Of a stretch of 64,000 nucleotides of DNA, positions 32,501-47,500 are shown piece by piece. The stretch lies in assembly GCA_964016885.1 (NCBI GenBank), contig OZ024760.1:29636001-29700000 (forward strand), written 5' to 3'. The DNA is from Eledone cirrhosa (Eukaryota). The translations under genes and the position numbers were made by a program. Position 1 is the first letter of the stretch. Each line of letters starts with the position of its first letter. The notes under the pieces were generated by a model. That model worked only from the letters and a program-made list of their open reading frames with translations, was not told the DNA's origin and searched no databases.

Positions 32501-35500
32501 GTAATGTAATGTAATGTGTAATTAAATGTAATGTAATGTAATGTAATGTAATGTAGTGTGTAATGTAATGTAATGTAATGTAATGTAATGTAATGTGTAA
32601 TGTAATGTAATGTGTAATATAATATAATGTAATGTAGTGTGTAATGTAATGTAATGTAATGTAATGTAATATGTAAGGTAATGTAAGGTAATGTAATGTA
32701 ATGTAATGTAATGTAATGTAATGTAATTTAATGTAATGTAATGTAATGTAATGTAATGTAATGTAATGTAATGTAATGTGTAATGTAATGTGTAATGAAT
32801 TGTAATGTAATGTGCAATGTAATGTAATGTAATGTAATGTAATGCAATGTAATGTAATGTAATGTGTAATGTAATGTAATGTAATGTAATGTGTAATGTA
32901 ATGTAATGTAATGTAATGTAATGTAATGTAATGTGTAATGTAATGTAATGTAACGTGTAATGTAATGTAATGTAATGTAACGTAATGTAATGTGTAATGT
33001 AATGTAATGTAATGTAATGTAATGTAGTGTGTAATGTAATGTAACATAATGTAATGTAATGTAACATAATGTAATGTAATGTAATGTGTAATATAATGTG
33101 TAATGTAATGTAATGTAATGTAATGTAATGTAATATAATATATGTAATGTAATGTAATGTAATGTAATGTGTAATGTAATGTAATGTAATGTAATGTGTA
33201 ATGTAATGTAATGTAATGTAATGTAATGTAATGTAATGTAATGTAATGTAATGTAATGTAAGGTAATGTGTAATTAAATGTAATGTAATGTAATGTAATG
33301 TAATGTAATGTAGTGTGTAATGTAATGTAATGTAATGTGTAATGTAATGTAATGTGTAATGTAACGTAATGTAATGTAGTGTTTAATGTAATGTAATGTA
33401 ATGTGTAATTTAATGTACTGTAATGTAATGTAATGTAATGTAATGTAATGTAATGTAATGTAATGTAATTTAATGTAATGTAATATAGTGTGTAATGTAA
33501 TGTAATGTAATGTAATGTGTAATGTAATGAAATGTGTAATGTAAAGTAATGTAATGTAATGTAATGTAATGTGTAATGTAATGTAATGTAATGTAATGTA
33601 ATGTGAAATGTAATGTAATGTAATGTAATGTAATGTGTAATGTAATGTAATGTGTAATGTAATGTAATGTAATGTGTAATGTAATGTAATGTAATGTAAT
33701 GTAATGTAATGTGTAATGTAATGTAATGTAATGTAATGTAATGTGTAATGTAATGTAATGTAATGTAATGTAATGTGTAATGTAATGTAATGTAATGTAG
33801 TGTGTAATGTAATGTAATGTAATGTAATATAATGTAATGTACTGTAATGTGTAATGGAATGTATTGTAATGTAATGTAATGTAATGTAATGTAATGTGTA
33901 ATGTAATGTAATGTAACGTGTAATGTAATGTAATATAATGTAGTGTGTAATGTAATGTAATGTAATGTAGTGTGTAATGTAATGTAATGTAATGTAATGT
34001 AATGTAATGTAATGTAATGTGTAATGTAATGTGTAATGTAACGTAATGTAATGTAATGTAATATAATGTGTAATGTAATGTAATGTGTAATGTAATGTAA
34101 TGTAATGTAATGTAATTTAATGTAATGTAACGTAATACGTAATGTAATGTAATGTAATGTGCAATGTAATGTAATGTAATGTAATGTAATGTAATGCAAT
34201 GTGTAATGTAATGTAATGTAATGTAATGTGTAATGTAATGTAATGTAATGTAATGTAATGTAATGTGTAATGTAATGTAATGTAATGTAATGTAATGTGT
34301 AATGTAGTGTAATGTAATGTAATGTAATGTAATGTAATGTAATGTAATGTGTAATGTAATGTAATGTGTAATGTAATGTAATGTAATATATGTAATGTAA
34401 TGTAATGTAATGTAATGTAATGTGTAATGTAATGTAGTGTAATGTAATGTGTAATGTAATGTAATGTAATGTAATGTAATGTGTAATGTAATGTAATGTA
34501 ATGTAGTGTGTAATGTAATGTAATGTAATGTAATGTAATGTAATGTAATGTAATGTAATGTAATGTAATGTGTAATGTAATGTAATGTAATGTGTAATGT
34601 AATGTAATGTAATGTAATATAATGTGTAATGTAGTGTAATGTAATGTAATGTAATGTGTAATGTAATTTAATGTAATGTAATGTAATTTAATGTAATGTA
34701 ATCTAATGTAATGTAATGTAATGTAATGTAATGTAATGTAATGTAATGTGTAATGTAATGTAATGTAATGTAATGAAATGTAATGTAATGTAATGTGTAA
34801 TGTAATGTAATGTAATGTAATGTAATGTCATGTAATGTAATGTGTAATGTAATGTAATGTAATGTAATGTGTAATGTAATGTAATGTAATGTAATGTAAT
34901 GTGTAATGTAGTGTAATGTAATGTAATGTAATGTAATGTAATGTAATGTAATGTGTAATGTAATGTGTAATGTAATGTAATGTAATGTAATGTAATGTAA
35001 TATATGTAATGTAATGTAATGTAATGTAATGTAATGTAACGTAATGTAATGTAATGTAATGTAATGTGTAATGTAATGTAATGTAATGTAATGTAATGTA
35101 ATGTGTAATGTAATGTAATGTGTAATGTAATGTAATGTGTAATGTAATGTAATGTAATGTAATATAATGTAACGTAATGTAATGTAATGTAATGTAATGT
35201 AATGTAATGTAATGTAATGTAATGTAATGTAATGTAATGTAATGTAATATAAGGTAATGTAATGTAATGTAATGTAATGTAATGTGTAATGTAAAGTAAT
35301 GTAATGTAATGTGTAATGTAATGTAATGTAATGTAATGTAATGTAATGTAATGTAATGTAATGTAATGTGTAATGTAATGTATTGTAATGTGTAATGTAA
35401 TGTAATGTAATGTAATGTAATGTAATGTAATGTAATGTAATGTAATGTAATGTAATGTAGTGTGTAATGTAATGTAATGTGTAATGTAATGTAATATAAT

Positions 35501-38500
35501 GTAATGTAATGTAATGTGTAATGTAATGTAATGTAATGTAATGTGTAATGTAATGTAATGTAATGTAATGTAACGTGTAATGCAATGTAATGTAATGTAA
35601 TGTAATGTGTAATGTAATGTATTGTGTAATGTAATGTAATGTAATGTAATGTGTAATGTTATGTAATGTAATGTGTAATGTAATGTGTAATGTAATGAGT
35701 AATGTGCAATGTAACGTAATGTAATGTAATATAATGTAATGTAATGTAATGTAATGTTTAATGTAATGTAATGTAATGTAACGTGTAATGTAATGTAATG
35801 CAATGTAATGTAATGTAATGTAATATAATGTAATGTGTAAGCTAATGTAATGTAATGTAATGTAATGTAATGTGTAATGTAATGTAATGTAATGTAATGT
35901 GTAATGTAATGTAATGTAATGTAATGTAATGTAATGTAGTGTGTAATGTAATGTAATGTAATATAATGTAACGTAATGTAATGTAATATAATGTAATGTA
36001 ATGTAATGTAATGTAATGTGTAATTAAATGTAATGTAATGTAATGTAATGTAATGTAGTGTGTAATGTAATGTAATGTAATGTAATGTAATGTAATGTGT
36101 AATGTAATGTAATGTGTAATATAATATAATGTAATGTAGTGTGTAATGTAATGTAATGTAATGTAATGTAATATGTAAGGTAATGTAAGGTAATGTAATG
36201 TAATGTAATGTAATGTAATGTAATGTAATGTAATTTAATGTAATGTAATGTAATGTAATGTAATGTAATGTAATGTAATGTAATGTAATGTGTAATGTAA
36301 TGTGTAATGAATTGTAATGTAATGTGCAATGTAATGTAATGTAATGTAATGTAATGCAATGTAATGTAATGTAATGTGTAATGTAATGTAATGTAATGTA
36401 ATGTGTAATGTAATGTAATGTAATGTAATGTAATGTAATGTAATGTGTAATGTAATGTAATGTAACGTGTAATGTAATGTAATGTAATGTAACGTAATGT
36501 AATGTGTAATGTAATGTAATGTAATGTAATGTAATGTAATGTAATGTAGTGTGTAATGTAATGTAACATAATGTAATGTAATGTAACATAATGTAATGTA
36601 ATGTAATGTGTAATATAATGTGTAATGTAATGTAATGTAATGTAATGTAATGTAATATAATATATGTAATGTAATGTAATGTAATGTAATGTGTAATGTA
36701 ATGTAATGTAATGTAATGTGTAATGTAATGTAATGTAATGTAATGTAATGTAATGTAATGTAATGTAATGTAATGTAATGTAATGTAATGTGTAATTAAA
36801 TGTAATGTAATGTAATGTAATGTAATGTAATGTAGTGTGTAATGTAATGTAATGTAATGTGTAATGTAATGTAATGTGTAATGTAACGTAATGTAATGTA
36901 GTGTTTAATGTAATGTAATGTAATGTGTAATTTAATGTACTGTAATGTAATGTAATGTAATGTAATGTAATGTAATGTAATGTAATGTAATTTAATGTAA
37001 TGTAATATAGTGTGTAATGTAATGTAATGTAATGTAATGTGTAATGTAATGAAATGTGTAATGTAAAGTAATGTAATGTAATGTAATGTGTAATGTAATG
37101 TAATGTAATGTAATGTGAAATGTAATGTAATGTAATGTAATGTAATGTGTAATGTAATGTAATGTGTAATGTAATGTAATGTAATGTGTAATGTAATGTA
37201 ATGTAATGTAATGTAATGTAATGTGTAATGTAATGTAATGTAATGTAATGTAATGTGTAATGTAATGTAATGTAATGTAATGTAATGCAATGTGTAATGT
37301 AATGTAATGTAATGTAGTGTGTAATGTAATGTAATGTAATGTAATGTAATGTAATGTGTAATGTAATGTGTAATGTAACGTAATGTAATGTAATGTAATA
37401 TAATGTGTAATGTAATGTAATGTAATGTAATGTAATGTAATGTAATGTGTAATGTAATGTAATGTGTAATGTAATGTAATGTAATGTAATGTAATGTAAT
37501 GTAATGTGTAATGTAATGTAATGTGTAGTGTAATGTAATGTGTAATGTAATGTAATGTAATGTGTAATGTAACGTAATGTAATGTAATGTGTAATGTAAT
37601 GTAATGTAATGTAATGTGATGTGTAATGTAATGTAATGTAATGTAACGTAATGTGTAATGTAATGTAATGTAATGTAATGTGATGTGTAATGTAATGTGA
37701 TGAAATGAAATGTAATGTAATGTAATGTAATGTAATGTAATGTAATGTAATGTAATGTAATGTAATGTAATGTAATGTAATGTAATGTAATGTGTAATGT
37801 AATGTAATGTGTAATGTAATGAAATTTAATGTAATGTAATGTAATGTAATGTAATGTAATGTAATGTAATGTAATGTAATGTAATGTAATGCAATTTAAT
37901 GTAATGTGTAATGTAATGTAATGTAATGTAATGTAATGTAATGTGTAATGTAATGTGTAACGTAATGTAATGTACTGTAATGTAATGTAATGTAATGTAA
38001 CGTAATATAATGTAATGTAATGTAATGTGTAATGTAATGTAATGTGTAATGTAATGTAATTTAATGTAATGTAATGTGTTATGTAATGTAATGTAATGTA
38101 AAGTAATGTGTAATGTAATGTAATGTAATGTAATGTAATGTAATGTAATGTGTAATTTAATGTAATGTAATGTAAAGTAATGTGTAATGTAATATAATGT
38201 AATGTAATGTGTAATGTAATGTAATGTGTAATGTAATGTAATGTAATGAAATGTAATGTGTAATGTAATGTAATGTAATGTAATGTAATGTAAAGTAATG
38301 TGTAATGTAATGTAATGTAATGTAATGTAATATATAATGTAATGTAATGTAATGTAATGTAATGTAATGTAATGTGTAATGTAATGTAATGTAATGTAAC
38401 GTGTAATGTAATGTAATGTAATGTAATGTAATGTAATGTAATGTAATGTGTAATGTAATGTAATGTGTAATGTAATGTAATGTGTAAAGTAATGTAATGT

Positions 38501-41500
38501 AATGTAATGTAATGTAATGTAATGTAATGTAATGCAATTCAATGTAATGTGTAATGTAGTGTAAAGTAATGTTTAATGTAATGTAATGTAATGTAATGTA
38601 ATGTAATGTAATGTAATGTGTAATGTAATGTAATGTAATGTAATGTAATGTAATGTAATGTAATGTAATGTAATGTAATGTGTAATGTAATGTAATGTAA
38701 TGTAATGTAATGTAATGTGTAATGTAATGTAATGTAATGTAATGTAATGTAATGTGTAATGTAATGTAATGTAATGTAATGTAGTGTGTAATGTAATGTA
38801 ATGTAGTGTGTAATGTAATGTAATGTAATGTAATGTAGTGTGTAATGTAATGTAATGTAATGTAGTGTGTAATGTAATGTAACGTAATGTAATGTAATGT
38901 AATCTAATGTGTAATATAATGTGTAATGTAATGTAATGTAATATAATATATGTAATGTAATGTAATGTAATGTAATGTGTAATGTAATGTAACGTAATGT
39001 AATGTAATGTAATATAATGTAATGTAATGTAATGTAATGTAATGTAATGTAGTGTGCAATGTAATGTAACGTAATGTAATGTAATGTAATGTGTAATATA
39101 ATGTGTAATGTAATGTAATGTAATATAATATATGTAATGTAATGTAATGTAATGTGTAATGTAATGTAACGTAATGTAATGTCATGTAATGTAATGTAAT
39201 GTAATGTAATGTGTAATGTAATGTAATGTAATGTGTAATGTAATGTAATGTAATGTAATGTAACATAATGTAATGTGTAATGTAAAGTAATGTGTAATGT
39301 AATGTAATGTAATGTAATGTAATGTAATGTAATGTATAATGTAATGTAATGTAATGTAATGTAATGTAATGTAATGTATAATGTAAGGTAATGTAATGAA
39401 ATGTAATGTGTAATGTAATGAAATGTAATGTGTAATGTAATGTAATGTAATGTAATGTAATTTAATGTAATGTAATGTAATGTGTAATGTAATGTAATGT
39501 TATGTGTAATGTAATGTAATGTGTAATGTAATGTAATGTGTAATGTAATGTAATGTAATGTAATATAATGTAATGTAATGTAATGTAATGTAATGTGTAA
39601 TGTAATGTAATATAATGTAATATGTAATGTAATGTAATATAATGTAATGTAATGTAACGTAATGTAATGTAATGTAATGTAATGTAATGTAATGTAATGT
39701 GTAATTATATGTAATGTAATGAAATGTAATGTAATGTAATGTAATGTGTAATGTAATGTAATGTGTAATGTAATATAATGTAATGTAGTGTGTAATGTAA
39801 TGTAATGTGTAATTTAATGTACTGTAATGTAATGTGTAATGTAATGTAATGTAATATGTAATGTAATGTAATGTAATGTAATGTAATGTAATGTAATGTA
39901 ATATAGTGTGTAATGTAATGTAATGTAATGTAATGTGTAATGTAATGTAAAGTAATGTAATGTAATGTAATGTGTAATGTAATGTAATGTGTAATGTAAT
40001 GTAATGTAATGTAATGTAATGTAATGTGTAATGTAATGTAATGTAAGGTGTAATGTAATGTAATGTAATGTAATGTAATGTAATGTAATGTAGTGTGTAA
40101 TGTAATGTAATGTAATATGTAATGTAATGTAATGTAATGTAATGTAATGTAATGTAATGTAATGTAATGTAATGTGTAATGTAATGTAATGTAATGTAGT
40201 GTGTAATGTAATGTAATGTAATGTAATGTAATGTAATGTAATGTGTAATGTAATGTAATGTAATGTAATGTGTAATGTAATGTAATGTAATATGTAATGT
40301 AATGTAATGTAATGTAATGTAATGTAATGTAATGTAATATAGTGTGTAATGTAATGTAATGTAATGTAATGTGTAATGTAATGTAAAGTAATGTAATGTA
40401 ATGTAATGTGTAATGTAATGTAATGTGTAATGTAATGTAATGTAATGTAATGTAATGTAATGTAATGTAATGTAATGTAATGTGTAATGTAATGTAATAT
40501 AATGTAATGTAATGTAATGTAATGTAATGTAATGTAGTGTGTAATGTAATGTAATGTAATATGTAATGTAATGTAATGTAATGTAATGTAATGTAATGTA
40601 ATGTAATGTACTGTAATGTAATTTAATGTAATGTAATATAGTGTGTATTGTAATGTAATGTAAAGTGTAATGTAATGTAATGTAATGTAATATAATGTAA
40701 TGTGTAATGTAATGTAATGTAATGTAATGTAATGTGTAATGTAATGTGTAAAGTAATGTAATGTAATGTAATGCAATGTAATGTAATGTGTAATGTAATG
40801 TAGTGTAATGTAATGTAATGTAATGTGTAATGTAATGTAATGTAATGTAATGTGTAATGTAATGTAATGTAATGTAGTGTGTAATGTAATGTAATGTAAT
40901 GTAATGTAATGTAATGTAATGTAATGTAATGTAATGTGTAATGTAATGTAATGTAATGTAATATAATGTGTAATGTAGTGTAATGTAATGTAAAGTAATG
41001 TGTAATGTAATTTAATGTAATGTAATGTAATTTAATGTAATGTAATGTAATGTAATGTAATGTAATGTAATGTGTAATGTAATGTAATGTAATGTAATGT
41101 AATGTCATGTAATGTAATGTGTAATGTAATGTAATGTAATGTAATGTGTAATGTAATGTAATGTAATGTAATGTAATGTGTAATGTAGTGTAATGTAATG
41201 TAATGTAATGTAATGTAATGTAATGTAATGTAATGTAATGTAATGTAATGTGTAATGTAATGTGTAATGTAATGTAATGTAATGTAATGTAATGTAATAT
41301 ATGTAATGTAATGTAATGTAATGTAATGTAATGTAACGTAATGTAATGTAATGTAATGTAATGTGTAATGTAATGTAATGTAATGTGTAATGTAATGTAA
41401 TGTGTAATGTAATGTAATGTGTAATGTAATGTAATGTAATATAATGTAACGTAATGTAATGTAATGTAATGTAATGTAATGTAAGGTAATGTAATGTAAT

Positions 41501-44500
41501 GTAATGTAATGTAATGTGTAATGTAAAGTAATGTAATGTAATGTGTAATGTAATGTAATGTAATGTAATGTAATGTAATGTAATGTAATGTAATGTAATG
41601 TAGTGTGTAATGTAACGTAATGTAATGTAATGTGTAATGTAATGTAATGTAGTGTAATGTAATGTGTAATGTAATGTAATGTAATGTGTAATGTAATGTA
41701 ATGTAATGTAATGTAACGTGTAATGCAATGTAATGTAATGTAATGTAATGTGTAATGTAATGTATTGTGTAATGTAATGTAATGTAATGTAATGTGTAAT
41801 GTAATGTAATGTGTAATGTAATGTATTGTGTAATGTAATGTAATGTAATGTAATGTGTAATGTAATGTAAAGTAATGTGTAATGTAATGTAATGTAATGT
41901 AATGTAATGTAATGTAATATGTAATTTAATGTAATGTAATGTAAAGTAATGTGTAATGTAATATAATGTAATGTAATGTGTAATGTAATGTAATGTAATG
42001 TAATGTAATGTAATGTAATGTAATGTAGTGTGTAATGTAATGTAATGTAATGTAATGTGTAATGTAATGTAATGTAATGTAATGTAATGTGTAATGTAAT
42101 GTAATGTAATGTAATGTGTAATGTAATGTAATGTAATGTAATGTAACGTGTAATGCAATGTAATATAATGTAATGTAATGTGTAATGTAATGTATTGTGT
42201 AATGTAATGTAATGTAATGTAATGTGTAATGTAATATAATGTAATGTGTAATGTAATGTATTGTGTACTGTAATGTAATGTAATGTAATGTGTAATGTAA
42301 TGTAAAGTAATGTGTAATGTAATGTAATGTAATGTAATGTAATGTAATGTAATGTAATATGTAATTTAATGTAATGTAATGTAAAGTAATGTGTAATGTA
42401 ATATAATGTAATGTAATGTGTAATGTAATGTAATGTGTAATATAATGTAATGTAATGTAATGTAATGTGTAATGTAATGTAATGTAATGTAATGTAATGT
42501 AATGTAACGTGTAATGCAATGTAATGTAATGTAATGTAATGTGTAATGTAATGTATTGTGTAATGTAATGTAATGTAATGTAATATGTAATGTAATGTAA
42601 TGTAATGTGTAATGTAATGTATTGTGTAATGTAATGTAATGTAATGTAATGTGTAATGTAATGTAAAGTAATGTGTAATGTAATATAATGTAATGTAATG
42701 TAATGTAATGTAATGTAATGTAATATGTAATTTAATGTAATGTAATGTAAAGTAATGTGTAATGTATTATAATGTAATGTAATGTGTAATGTAATGTAAT
42801 GTGTAATATAATGTAATGTAATGAAATGTAATGTGTAATGTAATGTAATGTAATGTGTAATGTAATGTAATGTAATGTAATGTAATGTAATGTAATGTAA
42901 TGTAATGTAATGTAATGTAAAGTAATGTGTAATGTAATGTAATGTAATGTAATGTAATGTAATGTAATGTGTAATGTAATGTAATGTAATATAATGTAAT
43001 GTAATGTAATGTATAATGTAAGGTAATGTAATAAAATGTAATGTGTAATGTAATGAAATGTAATGTGTAATGTAATGTAATGTAATGTAATGTAATTTAA
43101 TGTAATGTAATGTAATGTGTAATGTAATGTAGTGTAATGTAATGTGTAATGTAATGTAATGTGTAATGTAATGTAATGTGTAATGTAATGTAATGCAATA
43201 TAATTTAATGTAATGTAATGTAATGTAATGTAATGTAATGTAATGTGTAATGTAATGTAATATAATGTAATGTGTAATGTAATGTAATATAATGTAATGT
43301 AATGTAACGTAATGTAATGTAATGTAATGTAATGTAATGTAATGTAATGTAATGTAATGTAATGTAATGTGTAATTATATGTAATATAATGAAATGTAAT
43401 GTAATGTAATGTAATGTGTAATGTAATATAATGTAATGTAGTGTGTAATGTAATGTAATGTGTAATTTAATGTACTGTAAAGTAATGTGTAATGTAATGT
43501 AATGTAATATGTAATGTAATGTAATGTAATGTAATGTAATGTAATGTAATATAACATAGTGTGTAATGTAATGTAATGTAATGTAATGTGTAATGTAATG
43601 TAATGTAATGTAATGTGAAATGTAATGTAAAGTAATGTAATGTAATGTAATGTGTAATGTAATGTAATGTGTAATGTAATGTAATGTAATGTAATGTAAT
43701 GTAATGTAATGTAATGTGTAATGTAATGTGATGTAACGTGTAATGTAATGTAATGTAATGTAATGTAATGTAATGTAGTGTGTAATGTAATGTAATGTAA
43801 TATGTAATGTAATGTAATGTAATGTAATGTAATGTACTGTAATGTAATTTAATGTAATGTAATATAGTGTGTATTGTAATGTAATGTAAAGTGTAATGTA
43901 ATGTAATGTAATGTAATATAATGTAATGTGTAATGTAATGTAATGTAATGTAATGTAATGTGTAATGTAATGTAATGTGTAAAGTAATGTAATGTAATGT
44001 AATGTAATGTAATGTAATGTGTAATGTAATGTAGTGTAATGTAATGTGTAATGTAATGTAATGTAATGTAATGTAATGTAATGTGTAATGTAATGTAATG
44101 TAGTGTGTAATGTAATGTAATGTAATGTAATGTAATGTAATGTAATGTAATGTGTAATGTAATGTAATGTAATGTGTAATGTAATGTAATGTAATGTAAT
44201 ATAATGTGTAATGTAGTGTAATGTAATGTAATGTAATGTGTAATGTAATTTAATGTAATGTAATGTAATTTAATGTAATGTAATGTAATGTAATGTAATG
44301 TAATGTAATGTAATGTAATGTAATGTGTAATGTAATGTAATGTAATGTAATGAAATGTAATGTAATGTAATGTGTAATGTAATGTAATGTAATGTAATGT
44401 AATGTAATGTAGTGTGTAATGTAACGTAATGTAATGTAATGTGTAATGTAATGTAATGTAATGTAATGTAATGTGTAATGTAATGTAATGTAATGTGTAA

Positions 44501-47500
44501 TGTAATGTAATGTAATGTAATGTAACGTGTAATGCAATGTAATGTAATGTAATGTAATGTGTAATGTAATGTATTGTGTAATGTAATGTAATGTAATGTA
44601 ATGTAATGTGTAATGTAATGTAATGTGTAATGTAATGTATTGTGTAATGTAATGTAATGTAATGTAATGTGTAATGTAATGTAAAGTAATGTGTAATGTA
44701 ATGTAATGTAATGTAATGTAATGTAATGTAATATGTAATTTAATGTAATGTAATGTAAAGTAATGTGTAATGTAATATAATGTAATGTAATGTGTAATGT
44801 AATGTAATGTAATGTAATGTAATGTAATGTAATGTAATGTAGTGTGTAATGTAATGTAATGTAATGTAATGTGTAATGTAATGTAATGTAATGTAATGTA
44901 ATGTGTAATGTAATGTAATGTAATGTAATGTGTAATGTAATGTAATGTAATGTAATGTAACGTGTAATGCAATGTAATGTAATGTAATGTAATGTGTAAT
45001 GTAATGTATTGTGTAATGTAATGTAATGTAATGTAATGTGTAATGTAATATAATGTAATGTATAATGTAATGTATTGTGTACTGTAATGTAATGTAATGT
45101 AATGTGTAATGTAATGTAAAGTAATGTGTAATGTAATGTAATGTAATGTAATGTAATGTAATGTAATATGTAATTTAATGTAATGTAATGTAAAGTAATG
45201 TGTAATGTAATATAATGTAATGTAATGTGTAATGTAATGTAATGTGTAATATAATGTAATGTAATGTGTAATGTAATGTAATGTAATGTAATGTAATGTA
45301 ACGTGTAATGCAATGTAATGTAATGTAATGTAATGTGTAATGTAATGTATTGTGTAATGTAATGTAATGTAATGTAATGTGTAATGTAATGTAATGTAAT
45401 GTGTAATGTAATGTATTGTGTAATGTAATGTAATGTAATGTAATGTGTAATGTAATGTAAAGTAATGTGTAATGTAATATAATGTAATGTAATGTAATGT
45501 AATGTAATGTAATGTAATATGGAATTTAATGTAATGTAATGTAAAGTAATGTGTAATGTATTATAATGTAATGTAATGTGTAATGTAATGTAATGTGTAA
45601 TATAATGTAATGTAATGAAATGTAATGTGTAATGTAATGTAATGTAATGTGTAATGTAATGTAATGTAATGTAATGTAATGTAATGTAATGTAATGTAAT
45701 GTAATGTAATGTAAAGTAATGTGTAATGTAATGTAATGTAATGTAATGTAATGTAATGTAATGTGTAATGTAATGTAATGTAATGTAATGTAATGTAATG
45801 TAATGTATAATGTAAGGTAATGTAATAAAATGTAATGTGTAATGTAATGAAATGTAATGTGTAATGTAATGTAATGTAATGTAATGTAATTTAATGTAAT
45901 GTAATGTAATGTGTAATGTAATGTAGTGTAATGTAATGTGTAATGTAATGTAATGTGTAATGTAATGTAATGTGTAATGTAATGTAATGTAATATAATTT
46001 AATGTAATGTAATGTAATGTAATGTAATGTAATGTAATGTGTAATGTAATGTAATATAATGTAATGTGTAATGTAATGTAATATAATGTAATGTAATGTA
46101 ACGTAATGTAATGTAATGTAATGTAATGTAATGTAATGTAATGTAATGTGTAATTATATGTAATGTAATGAAATGTAATGTAATGTAATGTAATGTGTAA
46201 TGTAATATAATGTAATGTAGTGTGTAATGTAATGTAATGTGTAATTTAATGTACTGTAAAGTAATGTGTAATGTAATGTAATGTAATATGTAATGTAATG
46301 TAATGTAATGTAATGTAATGTAATATAACATAGTGTGTAATGTAATGTAATGTAATGTAATGTGTAATGTAATGTAATGTAATGTAATGTGAAATGTAAT
46401 GTAAAGTAATGTAATGTAATGTAATGTGTAATGTAATGTAATGTGTAATGTAATGTAATGTAATGTAATGTAATGTAATGTAATGTAATGTGTAATGTAA
46501 TGTGATGTAACGTGTAATGTAATGTAATGTAATGTAATGTAGTGTGTAATGTAATGTAATGTAATATGTAATGTAATGTAATGTAATGTAATGTAATGTA
46601 ATGTATTGTAATGTAATTTAATGTAATGTAATATAGTGTGTATTGTAATGTAATGTAAAGTGTAATGTAATGTAATGTAATATAATATAATGTAATGTGT
46701 AATGTAATGTAATGTAATGTAATGTAATGTGTAATGTAATGTAATGTGTAAAGTAATGTAATGTAATGTAATGTAATGTAATGTAATGTGTAATGTAGTG
46801 TAATGTAATGTGTAATGTAATGTAATGTAATGTAATGTAATGTGTAATGTAATGTAGTGTGTAATGTAATGTAATGTAATGTAATGTAATGTAATGTAAT
46901 GTAATGTAATGTGTAATGTAATGTAATGTAATGTGTAATGTAATGTAATGTAATGTAATATAATGTGTAATGTAGTGTAATGTAATGTAATGTAATGTGT
47001 AATGTAATTTAATGTAATGTAATGTAATTTAATGTAATGTAATGTAATGTAATGTAATGTAATGTAATGTAATGTAATGTGTAATGTAATGTAATGTAAT
47101 GTAATGAAATGTAATGTAATGTAATGTGTAATGTAATGTAATGTAATGTAATGTAATGTCATGTAATGTAATGTGTAATGTAATGTAATGTAATGTAATG
47201 TAATGTGTAATGTAATGTAATGTAATGTAATGTAATGTAATGTAATGTGTAATGTAGTGTAATGTAATGTAATGTAATGTAATGCAATGTAATGTAATGT
47301 AATGTGTAATGTAATGTGTAATGTAATGTAATGTAATGTAATGTAATATATGTAATGTAATGTAATGTAATGTAATGTAATGTAACGTAATGTAATGTAA
47401 TGTAATGTAATGTGTAATGTAATGTAATGTAATGTAATGTAATGTAATGTGTAATGTAATGTAATGTGTAATGTAATGTAATGTGTAATGTAATGTAATG